Of a DNA stretch of 64,000 nucleotides, positions 10,211 to 19,293 are shown piece by piece. Position 1 is the first letter of the stretch. The number at the start of each line of letters is the position of its first letter. Source of the stretch: Synechococcales cyanobacterium VAR_4_metabat_354 (GTDB taxonomy: Bacteria > Cyanobacteriota > Cyanobacteriia > Cyanobacteriales > Chamaesiphonaceae); contig JANOQI010000046.1 of NCBI GenBank assembly GCA_031414775.1, forward strand, positions 32,001 through 96,000, read 5' to 3'. The position numbers were made by a program, and so were the translations under genes. The notes under the pieces were generated by a model. It made no database searches and was not told where the DNA came from. It saw only the letters and a program-made list of their open reading frames with translations.

Positions 10211-12568
10211 ATGAATACTATTAATGATTTCGTTCCCAATCCCGATGCTACTTCTCCGCAACTGCTGCAGTCTTTAAATGAGAAGAAGCTGGAGAGAAAC
10301 AATACCCTTCGTCGTCGATTGCTTTTGACAATCCTGCCGACAGTTATTGCTCCATTGATGGTGGCAAGTGCTATTGGATATACTATTATCCAACGGCGTG
10401 TGACCGATCAAGAACTACGACAACTCCAAGAGAATTCACAGCTCGTTAGTCGAGTTTCTAGTGTTTTTCTGACACAGTCTTTCAAGATTCCTAATTTGGT
10501 TGCTAACAACCCCTTGATGATTGCTGCTTTGCGTAGTCAAGCACTGCAAGCTGAAGCAAAAAAGCTTCCTCAACAGGATATCAAAAAAACGGAAGCTGAT
10601 TTTAAAGTAACTAAATTGCTGCAACCAGATGTCGAACTCAATGGTTATCTTCAAAATTCGGTCAAAGAAGCCAATTTGGCTGAGATGTTTTTGACCGAAC
10701 GCAATGGCTTTAATGTGGCCTTTAGCAACCCTACTTCGGATTTTGTGCAGAGTGATGAAAAATGGTGGCAAGAGTCTAAAGCTAATGGTCGATCGATCGA
10801 CAGTCCTAAATTTGATGATTCGGCTAATGCTGTAGTAATTGCTCTATCTCAAGCGATCAAAGATCCTCGTTCCAATCAGTTTTTAGGCGTAATTAAAGCC
10901 GGGGTGCCAGCAACCAGTCTAGACAAAAATATTGCTGGATATTTATCTGCGAATTTATCTGGTTCTCGATTAGTGCAAACCATTGATACTGGATCCAGCA
11001 AAACCATTAATACCATTTCTGCTAAAGGAATTTCCCAAGAACAACAGGAGATTATTGGGGGCAAAGCTTTAATTAAGGCATCAGAGCTTCTGGAACAGCT
11101 GGCCAAAACCCCCAGTTTCAATCCAGCTCAAATCCGTCAACAGCTGGCCGCCGAACCGGGCATGACTAATGTTTTTGTTGAGCGATCAGAGAGTGCCAGC
11201 GGTACGGAAGCCAAGGCACTACTAGAATACCAAGGCCGAATCTTTAGCTTGAGCACGATTCCTTTAACTCAGTGGGTTGCAGTTGCCTCGCTAAATACAG
11301 CTGATGTATCTGCACCAGGACAAGAATTGTTGAAAATTTTCAGCTTCACGACTCTGGTTTTGGGAGGCGTGGCGATCGGAGTGATTTTATTGCTATCGCG
11401 GCAGCTATCCCAGCCATTGGGTAATCTTACCAAAACAGCGCAACAAGTAGCCGATGGGAACTTAGAAACCCAGGCCGAGTTGGCCGGAACCGTCGAGGTG
11501 CAAACCCTTGCTCAAACCTTTAATTTTCTGGTTAGTCGCATTAAAACATTGTTAGAAGAGCAAAAACAGCAGAGTGCATCCTCGTTGGAAACAGCCATTG
11601 TTAAACTGGTCAGCGATGTAGAAGGTGCGATGGATGGAGACCTAACGGTGCGAGCTAATTTAGACTCGATGGAAATGAGTACGGTAGCAGACATCTTTAA
11701 TGCCATAATCGATAATCTTAGAGATATTGCTGTACAGGTACGGGAATCTACCGGACAGGTCAACAAATCCCTAGAAACCAATGCTGCCTCTATTTACTTG
11801 TTATCAGAAAAAGCAGTCGCAGAAGCCTCCGAAATCAGGAATACCCTGGGTTCGGTAGAACAGATGACGCAATCGATTCAAACTGTCGCGAGCAGCGCGC
11901 ATGAAGCCTCGGCGATTGCCAGCCAAGCCTATACTAATGCCCAGGAAGGTAGTGTAGTGATGGTACAGACCGTAGATAGTATTCTGAGCCTGCGGACTAC
12001 CGTCGGAGAAACAGCTAAGAAAATGAAGCGTTTAGGTGAATCTTCCCAGAAAATTTCTCAAGTAGTTTCTTTGATTGAAGAAATTGCTCTTAAAACCAAC
12101 CTCTTGGCCATTAATGCTAGTGTGGAAGCTAGCCGGGCTGGAGAACAAGGACAGGGTTTTACAGTCGTAGCCGAACAGGTGGGAGCACTAGCCGAGCAGT
12201 CGGCGGCGGCAACTCGTGAAATTGCTCAAATTGTGGCCGCAATCCAACTGGAAACTCAAGATGTCGCCACGGTAATGGAATTGGGTACATCCCAAGTGGT
12301 CGATAGTACTCGCTTAGTCGAAAGTACCAAGCAACGTCTGCTGCAAATGTTAGAAGAATCGCAAAAAATTAATCAGTTAATGAATTCTATTGCCGAAGCC
12401 ACCGTCTCTCAGTCGGCCACAGCCCAAAATGTTACTCAACTCATGCAACAAGTAACAACAGCATCGGAGGAACGATCTACTTTTTCGCGGGAAATGGCTT
12501 CCTCGATGCAGTCTACTTCTCAAGTAGCCAAGAGTCTCGAAGAAAAAGTCGCTCAGTTCCAAGTGTAG
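10211..12568 (+). CDS. Methyl-accepting chemotaxis protein (2 TM, periplasmic Cache-like domain, HAMP, signalling domain; no GAF)
   Basis: [30 protein letters not shown] signalling tip. Two hydrophobic segments flank a large periplasmic region ([11 protein letters not shown]...FDDSA). Confidence 0.93.
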   Translation: MNTINDFVPNPDATSPQLLQSLNEKKLERNNTLRRRLLLTILPTVIAPLMVASAIGYTIIQRRVTDQELRQLQENSQLVSRVSSVFLTQSFKIPNLVANNPLMIAALRSQALQAEAKKLPQQDIKKTEADFKVTKLLQPDVELNGYLQNSVKEANLAEMFLTERNGFNVAFSNPTSDFVQSDEKWWQESKANGRSIDSPKFDDSANAVVIALSQAIKDPRSNQFLGVIKAGVPATSLDKNIAGYLSANLSGSRLVQTIDTGSSKTINTISAKGISQEQQEIIGGKALIKASELLEQLAKTPSFNPAQIRQQLAAEPGMTNVFVERSESASGTEAKALLEYQGRIFSLSTIPLTQWVAVASLNTADVSAPGQELLKIFSFTTLVLGGVAIGVILLLSRQLSQPLGNLTKTAQQVADGNLETQAELAGTVEVQTLAQTFNFLVSRIKTLLEEQKQQSASSLETAIVKLVSDVEGAMDGDLTVRANLDSMEMSTVADIFNAIIDNLRDIAVQVRESTGQVNKSLETNAASIYLLSEKAVAEASEIRNTLGSVEQMTQSIQTVASSAHEASAIASQAYTNAQEGSVVMVQTVDSILSLRTTVGETAKKMKRLGESSQKISQVVSLIEEIALKTNLLAINASVEASRAGEQGQGFTVVAEQVGALAEQSAAATREIAQIVAAIQLETQDVATVMELGTSQVVDSTRLVESTKQRLLQMLEESQKINQLMNSIAEATVSQSATAQNVTQLMQQVTTASEERSTFSREMASSMQSTSQVAKSLEEKVAQFQV

Positions 12569-12614
12569 ATGTTTGTTAGCTCAGCCCTTTCTGCCCAGTA
12601 ACTAGCCTGTAAAT

Positions 12615-15600
12615 GTGATGGACAACAACAACCAAATCCCCCTGAAATTTTTGGATGAATCGGAGTATTGTTGCGATCAAATCGAGTCTACTGTCCTCGG
12701 TCTAGCCAGTAAAATTCCTAATCCCCAACTCCTCGATCAAGCTCTTCGAGCAGCTCATTCAGTCAAGGGCGGGGCGGCGATGATGGGCTTTACCCCACTC
12801 AGTCGGGTAGCACATCAGCTAGAAGATTTTTTCAAAATCCTCAGAGTTCGCTATCATTCCAAATCTGTCAGTATCGTGGTAGAAACTCTTTTATTACAAG
12901 GAGTCGATTGTCTGCGCCAGATCAGCGATCTTCATCGCCAGGGACAGTTAGTGGATGAAGCTTGGCTAGCTAGTCATTCTCAACCGATTTTTGATCAATT
13001 GCGTCAGCACTTGGGCGATTTACGTCCCGAAGATGAGGATACTCTGTTATCGCAAGAAGGTGATGTCGATCCGGCTTTGCTATTGTTGGAAAGCGCTATT
13101 AAGGAAGCGATCGATCTGCTGGATGCCCAATTAAATGAGCTATCTCCCACTCAACTACTACTATCATTACAGGCTACCGCCGCTGAATTGGGTGACTTTG
13201 GTCGGATGGCTAAGTTGGATCGGTTTATTGATCTATGCCAGTCGGTTACTGATCAGAGCCAGCATATTGCTCCCGACCAAGTTTTTCAACTCGCTCATCA
13301 AGCACTCAAGGCTTGGCGTAAATCTCACTCGGTAGTATTATTGGGACGATTTGAGAAAATACCTACTAAGATTGCCGGTGTATCGATCGTCCAGCCTCAA
13401 AGACAGAGCATTGCGCCAGCTAACGTCCCCAATCCTACCCCAGATGGATTAGAACTCTTTGATGGAGACTTTCTAGAAGAGCATTGTTTTAATGCCAACA
13501 TAGATGCTTTTGATTTATCGCTATTGCAGTCCGAGATCACGAATCTGGACTTTTCTAGTGCAGCCGAATTCACTCAATTCGCTGAAATTCAACCCTCACT
13601 AGAACTACTGAGCGAGCTAGATGCTTTTGAAGTTCCAGAATTACTAAGTTTACTTGTTGCCAATGAGAATGACAACAACCAGCCATATCTTCCCACGGTC
13701 ACGCCTGCTAGCCACTCGATCGCGCCTCTTCAGCCAGCTCAAACTGTTCGGGTGCCGGTGGAGTATCTGCAACAATTTAATACTGTCTTCGGAAAATTGA
13801 TTTTAGAACGCAATGCGATCAACTTACGCCTCGGGGAAATTCAGAGTTATACGGGTCTTTTACGCAAACGAATGAAGCATTTGGAGCTATCCAACAAAGA
13901 ACTGCGCCAGTGGTATGACAAAGCCTCGATCGAAGGACTAATTCCGGTATTGGAAAATGCTCAGTCTATCCCGACTCATTCATCTCCATCGGTTACTACT
14001 GCGTCATCCGTAGCTGAGTTTGACTTACTAGAGATGGATCGTTACCACGATCTACACCTGGTTTCTCAGGATCAAATTGAAACGATCGTACAGCTCCAAG
14101 AAGTAACTACTGATATTGAGCTAAGTTTGCATGATATGACTCAATCTGTGCGAAATTTGAATCAGACTACGCGCACGTTACAGAAAAATCTCACCCGTAC
14201 TCAAATGTTACCCTTCGCTGATGTGGTCAAACGCTTTCCACGTCTGATTCGCGATTTATCTGTGCAGTTTGATAAACCGGTGACGTTGAAGATTGAGGGC
14301 GAAAATACAGGGATCGATCGAGCAATTCTGGACAATCTCAGCGACCCATTCATTCATCTACTGCGGAATGCTTTTGACCACGGTATCGAAGACGTTGCTA
14401 CGCGGTTGGCAGCAGGCAAATCAGCAGAGGGCACGATCGTCCTAGCAGCCAGTCATCGTGGTGGTGAAACCGTGATCACCATCACTGATGATGGCGGTGG
14501 GATTAAACTTCAGCGCATTCGCGAGCGGCTACAACTGATGGGTCTTCCCCCTGAAGAAGTAGCAAAAATATCGGAAGCTGAATTGCTGAATACGATTTTT
14601 GAACCGGGGTTTAGTACCGTCACTAACCCTACCGAACTCTCCGGGCGCGGCGTGGGGATGGATGTGGTTCGTACCAATATTGAAGAAATAAGAGGTGATA
14701 TTCGGGTTAAGACTCAACCAGGTGTGGGTACTACTTTTACAATTCGCGTACCTTTTGCCCTCTCGATTTTGCGGGTGATGTTATTAGAACGTGCTGGTTT
14801 TGTCTTTGCCATATCGGTAGATAGTGTAAGAGAAATTATTCGCTTCCAGCCCGATCTACTGATTGCTGATGGGCAGCAAATATCCTGGCAATCACAAGTT
14901 ATTCCGTTGATTGCTTTGGAGAAAGGGATTTTCTTTGGTCGCAACCATCGACCATTGGAGTTATCTGGTCGGCCAACGATCGATCACCCAACCGTCCTAA
15001 TTGTCGGCGAAGATCAATTATCGACAGCTTTTTATATCGATCGATTCTGGGGTGAACAAGAAGTTACCCTGCGTCCGATCGATAGCCCTATACCTTTAAC
15101 GCCGGGCTTCAGTAACTCGATTATTCTAGGTGACGGTCGAGTGGTGCCCTTGGTAGATCTGGTACAATTAGCCGTCTGGATGTCGATGAATTCTGATTTT
15201 TCAGCCGTTCCCCTACCGGAGCAAGCCCATGATACATCACTGCCTGCTGTTCCCGATCAAAAAGAGCCAGACCGGATCTTGATAATCGATGATTCAATCA
15301 ATGTCCGTCGTTATCTGGCAGTGATGCTAGAAAAAGAAGGTTATCAGGTAGAACAGGCTAAAGATGGTCAGGAGGCTGTGGAAAAGCTCATGGGTGGCCT
15401 AGTGGTGCAAGCGGCAATCTGTGACATAGAAATGCCGCGCCTTGATGGATATGGAGTGTTGGAGACGTTGCGATCGAATGAATCCTTTGCAGATCTCCCA
15501 ATTTTAATGCTCACCTCTCGGAGTAGTGAGAAACATCGATCATTAGCGATGAATTTGGGAGCTTCCGCTTATTTTTCTAAGCCCTACACCGAGCCAGATT

Positions 15601-15647
15601 TGTTGGCAGCTCTCCGCTCCTTTATTGAAATTACTAGAGTGCAATAG
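12615..15647 (+). CDS. CheA-like hybrid kinase (Hpt-HATPase-CheW-REC)
   Basis: RAAHSVKGGA (Hpt), HLLRNAFDHGIE, SGRGVGMDVV, a CheW domain and a C-terminal REC (DIEMP). Confidence 0.95.
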   Translation: MMDNNNQIPLKFLDESEYCCDQIESTVLGLASKIPNPQLLDQALRAAHSVKGGAAMMGFTPLSRVAHQLEDFFKILRVRYHSKSVSIVVETLLLQGVDCLRQISDLHRQGQLVDEAWLASHSQPIFDQLRQHLGDLRPEDEDTLLSQEGDVDPALLLLESAIKEAIDLLDAQLNELSPTQLLLSLQATAAELGDFGRMAKLDRFIDLCQSVTDQSQHIAPDQVFQLAHQALKAWRKSHSVVLLGRFEKIPTKIAGVSIVQPQRQSIAPANVPNPTPDGLELFDGDFLEEHCFNANIDAFDLSLLQSEITNLDFSSAAEFTQFAEIQPSLELLSELDAFEVPELLSLLVANENDNNQPYLPTVTPASHSIAPLQPAQTVRVPVEYLQQFNTVFGKLILERNAINLRLGEIQSYTGLLRKRMKHLELSNKELRQWYDKASIEGLIPVLENAQSIPTHSSPSVTTASSVAEFDLLEMDRYHDLHLVSQDQIETIVQLQEVTTDIELSLHDMTQSVRNLNQTTRTLQKNLTRTQMLPFADVVKRFPRLIRDLSVQFDKPVTLKIEGENTGIDRAILDNLSDPFIHLLRNAFDHGIEDVATRLAAGKSAEGTIVLAASHRGGETVITITDDGGGIKLQRIRERLQLMGLPPEEVAKISEAELLNTIFEPGFSTVTNPTELSGRGVGMDVVRTNIEEIRGDIRVKTQPGVGTTFTIRVPFALSILRVMLLERAGFVFAISVDSVREIIRFQPDLLIADGQQISWQSQVIPLIALEKGIFFGRNHRPLELSGRPTIDHPTVLIVGEDQLSTAFYIDRFWGEQEVTLRPIDSPIPLTPGFSNSIILGDGRVVPLVDLVQLAVWMSMNSDFSAVPLPEQAHDTSLPAVPDQKEPDRILIIDDSINVRRYLAVMLEKEGYQVEQAKDGQEAVEKLMGGLVVQAAICDIEMPRLDGYGVLETLRSNESFADLPILMLTSRSSEKHRSLAMNLGASAYFSKPYTEPDLLAALRSFIEITRVQ

Positions 15648-15830
15648 TTACTACCCATTCATTTTCTTGAATACCTGAGATCAACACGGAAAGTTGATTG
15701 ACTCACATTCCGCGCTTATTTTTTCCTTGACAAAATACCACCGTCAAAAAGATAAAATCGATTTGGATCTAATCGTTTCTTATAAATTGAAGTTGTAAAA
15801 TACGTGGTGAAACCTTTAGTCATCATGCAT

Positions 15831-16078
15831 TTAATCTTCATATATTTGTGCTTCCGGTGCATTAGAATTCTCCTCACAATAAAGATCAAAATGAGTCTTT
15901 GGTTTTTTAATAAAGTCACTTTTACGAAGAATATCGCTAATTGAAATGATTCCCAAAAGTCTGTCTTTGATCACTGGAGCACGACGAGTTTTTGCTTGAG
16001 CAAACCTTTTTCTTTCATTAATTTTACTGCTTCTGCGACGCTGGCAAAACCGCGAGTGATAACTACATCTTTGGTCAT
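15831..16078 (-). pseudogene. CBS-CP12 fusion protein relic with two internal deletions and a frameshift
   Basis: Frame 1 from ATG 16078 gives MTKDVVITRGFASVAEAVKLMKEKGL. After a frameshift at ~16002 it reads FAQAKTRRAPVIKDRLLGIISISDILRKSDFIKKPKTHFDLYCEENSNAPEAQIYED*. These match the first CBS start, second CBS end and CP12 C-terminus of cyanobacterial CBS-CP12 proteins. Confidence 0.8.
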
Positions 16079-17358
16079 CAGAAAATTTGGGTAGAAACCC
16101 CGTTCTTATAGGACAGCTTTACAAAATACGTGTTAGAATGTGAGATATGGAAAAAGCCTATCGCTATCGTTTCTATCCAACTGCCGAGCAAGAAGGAATC
16201 TTGCGCCGGACTATGGGCTGTGTCCGTCTGGTGTACAACAAAGCACTAGCGGCACGGACTGAGGCATGGTACGAAAGGCAAGAGCGAGTTGACTATGTGT
16301 TAACTTCCTCCATGCTGACAGGTTGGAAAAAGCAGGAAAATCTTGATTTTCTGAACGATGTTAGTTGTGTTCCTCTTCAGCAGGGACTTAGACATCTGCA
16401 AAGAGCTTTTAGTAACTTTTGGGATGGTCGGACTAAATATCCGAACTTCAAGAAGAAACACCATGGCGGCAGTGCTGAATTCACAAAGTCCGCTTTTCGC
16501 TGGAAAGGTGGAAAACTGTTCTTGGCTAAATGCTCTGAACCGTTGCCTATTGTGTGGAGTAGAGAATTGCCGAAAAGCTGTGAACCATCTACAGTTACGG
16601 TCAAGCTGAGTGCTAGCGGCCAATGGCATGTCTCGTTGTTGGTGAATACTGACATTGAACAACTGCCAAAACTCGACAAAGCTATCGGCTTGGATGTGGG
16701 CATCAATAGCCTGATTGCAACTAGTGATGGTGATAAAATCTCGAACCCTAAGCACTTCAAACGCTTGCATAAGAGGTTGAAAAGGGCGCAGAAAGCTTTG
16801 GCTCGTAAGCAAAAGGGATCTCAAAATAGGCAGAAAGCACGGCTCAAAGTAGCCAAAGTGCATGGTCAGATTTCTGATTCCCGCAAAGATTTTTTGCATA
16901 AGCTGACAACTCAACTGGTACGTGAAAACCAAACGATAGTGGTTGAGAATTTGGCTATCAAAAATATGGTGAAAAACCATAAACTCGCCCTCTCCATTAG
17001 CGATGCTAGTTGGGGCGAATTGATTCGACAACTCGCCTACAAGTGCCAGTGGTACGGACGAGAACTGATTAAAATCGACCGTTGGTTTCCTAGCTCTAAA
17101 AGGTGTGGAAACTGCGGACATATTGTCAATAAACTGCCGTTGAATATCAGAGAGTGGGAATGTCCTAAATGTGGGATGAGCCATGACCGAGATGTTAATG
17201 CCAGTAGAAATATTTTGGCGGCAGGACTTGCCGTGTCAGTCTGTGGAGTAACCGTAAGACCAGAACAGAATAAATCTGTGAAGGCGGGTGCTGTGAAACA
17301 GAAACCTAAATAGTGATGTTTAGGAATCTCCATGCCTTTAGGCTGGGGAGGATGTCAA
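16079..17358 (+). mobile_element. IS200/IS605-family element, tnpB only (IS1341-like, non-autonomous)
   Basis: Left end CAGAAAATTTGGGTAGAAACCCCGTTCTTATAGGACAGCTTT preceded by TCAT. Right end GGAATCTCCATGCCTTTAGGCTGGGGAGGATGTCAA with a hairpin and TCAA terminus. No tnpA. Confidence 0.85.
16147..17313 (+). CDS. tnpB: RNA-guided endonuclease TnpB
   Basis: YRYRFYPT N-terminus. RuvC D (GLDVG), E (VVENL) and D (HDRDVNA) are intact. Zinc finger CGNC...CPKC. Confidence 0.95.
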   Translation: MEKAYRYRFYPTAEQEGILRRTMGCVRLVYNKALAARTEAWYERQERVDYVLTSSMLTGWKKQENLDFLNDVSCVPLQQGLRHLQRAFSNFWDGRTKYPNFKKKHHGGSAEFTKSAFRWKGGKLFLAKCSEPLPIVWSRELPKSCEPSTVTVKLSASGQWHVSLLVNTDIEQLPKLDKAIGLDVGINSLIATSDGDKISNPKHFKRLHKRLKRAQKALARKQKGSQNRQKARLKVAKVHGQISDSRKDFLHKLTTQLVRENQTIVVENLAIKNMVKNHKLALSISDASWGELIRQLAYKCQWYGRELIKIDRWFPSSKRCGNCGHIVNKLPLNIREWECPKCGMSHDRDVNASRNILAAGLAVSVCGVTVRPEQNKSVKAGAVKQKPK

Positions 17359-17378
17359 TCTGTCGATGTTGATCCGCC
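17200..17378 (+). ncRNA. Predicted TnpB omega/reRNA (scaffold overlapping tnpB 3' end and right end, plus flanking guide)
   Basis: Inferred from known TnpB biology. Hairpins CCTAAA-TAGTGATG-TTTAGG and the right-end hairpin are visible. The guide would start at 17359 (TCTGTCGATGTTGATCCGCC). The 5' boundary is a guess. Confidence 0.5.
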
Positions 17379-17444
17379 CAGAACATACCCAAGCACAAAT
17401 TAATACGTGACAATAATAGAATTATTGAGATTTGTGGAAGAAAT

Positions 17445-18950
17445 ATGGCGCGGGATCTACGGACATTTTTGCAGGTACTAAAAGAACGTGGTCAGCTGCG
17501 GACGATCGATACCCTAGTAGATGGCGACCTGGAAATTGCAGAGATCTCTAACCGGATGCTGCAATGTGGTGGCCCTGGCTTGCTCTTTACCAATGTTAAA
17601 GGTTCCCCCTATTCGGTGGCTGTCAATATCATGGGCACCGTGGAGCGGATCTGCTGGGCGATGAATATGGAGAAGCCCGAGGAACTAGAAACACTTGGCA
17701 AGAAGTTAGCGTTACTACAACAGCCCAAACCACCCAAGAAAGCAGGAGAAGCGATCGAATTTGCTAAAGTGCTGTTTGATGTAGTCAATGCTAGACCCAG
17801 CCGCGATTTCTTTCCACCTTGCCAACAGGTGGTGATTCAGGGCGATGCGGTAGATCTAAATACCATCCCCATGATTCGACCTTATCCCCATGATGCCGGT
17901 AAGATTGTGACGCTGGGTTTAGTAATTACTAAAGACTGTGAGACCGGTACGCCAAACGTGGGTGTTTATCGGCTCCAACTCCAGTCCAAAAACACCATGA
18001 CAGTGCAATGGCTATCGATTCGGGGTGGTGCTCGACATCTGCGTAAGGCTGCTGAACGTGGCAAAAAGCTGGAAATTGCGATCGCACTGGGGGTAGACCC
18101 ATTAATCATCATGGCTGCCGCCACGCCAATTCCAGTAGATCTTTCTGAATGGTTGTTTGCTGGGTTGTATGGTGGTTCTGGGGTGAAGTTGGCCAAGTGC
18201 CGGACGATCGATCTGGAAGTGCCTGCCGATTCGGAGTTTGTGCTGGAAGGCACAATCACGCCAGGGGAAGAAATGATGGATGGCCCCTTTGGCGATCATA
18301 TGGGCTATTACAATCAGCCCAAAGAAGGTCCGGTGATTCATTTTAATTGTATGACTCACCGCCGCGATCCGATCTATCTGACTACTTTTAGCGGTCGGCC
18401 ACCGAAAGAAGAAGCGATGATGGCGATCGCCCTCAACCGCATCTACACGCCAATTTTGCGTCAGCAAGTGCCCGAGATTGTCGATTTCTTTTTGCCGATG
18501 GAAGCCTTGAGTTATAAAGCAGCCGTGATTGCGATCGATAAGGCTTATCCTGGTCAAGCGCGGCGGGCAGCGTTGGCTTTTTGGAGTGCTTTGCCCCAGT
18601 TTACCTATACCAAGTTTGTGATTGTAGTGGATAAAGACATCAATATCCGCGATCCGCGCCAGGTAGTGTGGGCACTAAGTTCTAAGGTTGACCCTCAACG
18701 AGACGTATTTATTATTGCTGATACGCCTTTCGATAAGTTGGATTTCGCCACACCAAAGGTGGGTTTGGGGAGCCGGATGGGGATTGATGCTACGACTAAA
18801 GTTTATCCAGAAACTGAGGCGGAATGGGGGGAACCGTTAGAGTCGGATGTGGATATCGCCAAGCTGGTAGATCAGCGCTGGACGGAATATGGTTTGGCGG
18901 ATATCAATTTAAATGAAGTAAATGCCAATCTCTTTGGCTACGACGTTTGA
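17445..18950 (+). CDS. ubiD: UbiD-family (prenylated-FMN) decarboxylase, plastoquinone pathway type
   Basis: NVGVYRLQ, FVLEG, DGPFGDHMGYY, RPPKEEA and KFVIVVD motifs. Confidence 0.93.
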   Translation: MARDLRTFLQVLKERGQLRTIDTLVDGDLEIAEISNRMLQCGGPGLLFTNVKGSPYSVAVNIMGTVERICWAMNMEKPEELETLGKKLALLQQPKPPKKAGEAIEFAKVLFDVVNARPSRDFFPPCQQVVIQGDAVDLNTIPMIRPYPHDAGKIVTLGLVITKDCETGTPNVGVYRLQLQSKNTMTVQWLSIRGGARHLRKAAERGKKLEIAIALGVDPLIIMAAATPIPVDLSEWLFAGLYGGSGVKLAKCRTIDLEVPADSEFVLEGTITPGEEMMDGPFGDHMGYYNQPKEGPVIHFNCMTHRRDPIYLTTFSGRPPKEEAMMAIALNRIYTPILRQQVPEIVDFFLPMEALSYKAAVIAIDKAYPGQARRAALAFWSALPQFTYTKFVIVVDKDINIRDPRQVVWALSSKVDPQRDVFIIADTPFDKLDFATPKVGLGSRMGIDATTKVYPETEAEWGEPLESDVDIAKLVDQRWTEYGLADINLNEVNANLFGYDV

Positions 18951-19001
18951 GCCGATTCTTGGTGTTGTTAATTTATAGCATGACTAGTCAATAAAAAAAT
19001 A

Positions 19002-19274
19002 ATGGAAAGCACATTGTTTGATCGAGTATTTCGAGATAGTAAAGGCCAGATTATTCTGGCTCAGATGCCAAATCTGCCACTGATTGTCTGGATTATAAGT
19101 AGTCTATTAAAGATAATTTTTACAACCGGTAAAATCAATATCGGACTGGACGCACTAGCCTTCGGCTCTCTATTTACATGGGCTTGGGAAGAACTATTCC
19201 AAGGTGTTAATTATTTCCGTAGATCGTTAGGTCTGATCGTAATTATTGGTATGATTATGTCGAGAATCAAATGA
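19002..19274 (+). CDS. Small conserved membrane protein
   Basis: Three hydrophobic segments; QMPNLPLIVW and WAWEELFQGVNYFRRSLG. Confidence 0.75.
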   Translation: MESTLFDRVFRDSKGQIILAQMPNLPLIVWIISSLLKIIFTTGKINIGLDALAFGSLFTWAWEELFQGVNYFRRSLGLIVIIGMIMSRIK

Positions 19275-19293
19275 GTAAATAGACTCATTTCTT

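Noticed and set aside
15716..15919. 67-aa minus-strand ORF in the track
   Set aside because: Wrong-frame reading of the CBS-CP12 relic; the meaningful translation is in another frame.
16300..17184. 294-aa antisense ORF inside tnpB
   Set aside because: Shadow of tnpB; no HUH/Tyr motif, so it is not tnpA.
17359..17378. TnpB guide targeting another site in the window
   Set aside because: Best match noticed is ~9 nt near 29073 with no adjacent TCAT; not significant.
17359..17410. Missing CBS-CP12 N-terminus on the far side of the IS
   Set aside because: The reconstructed empty site gives ...SGRINIDR-MTK, not the expected MLxAxDI-MTK.
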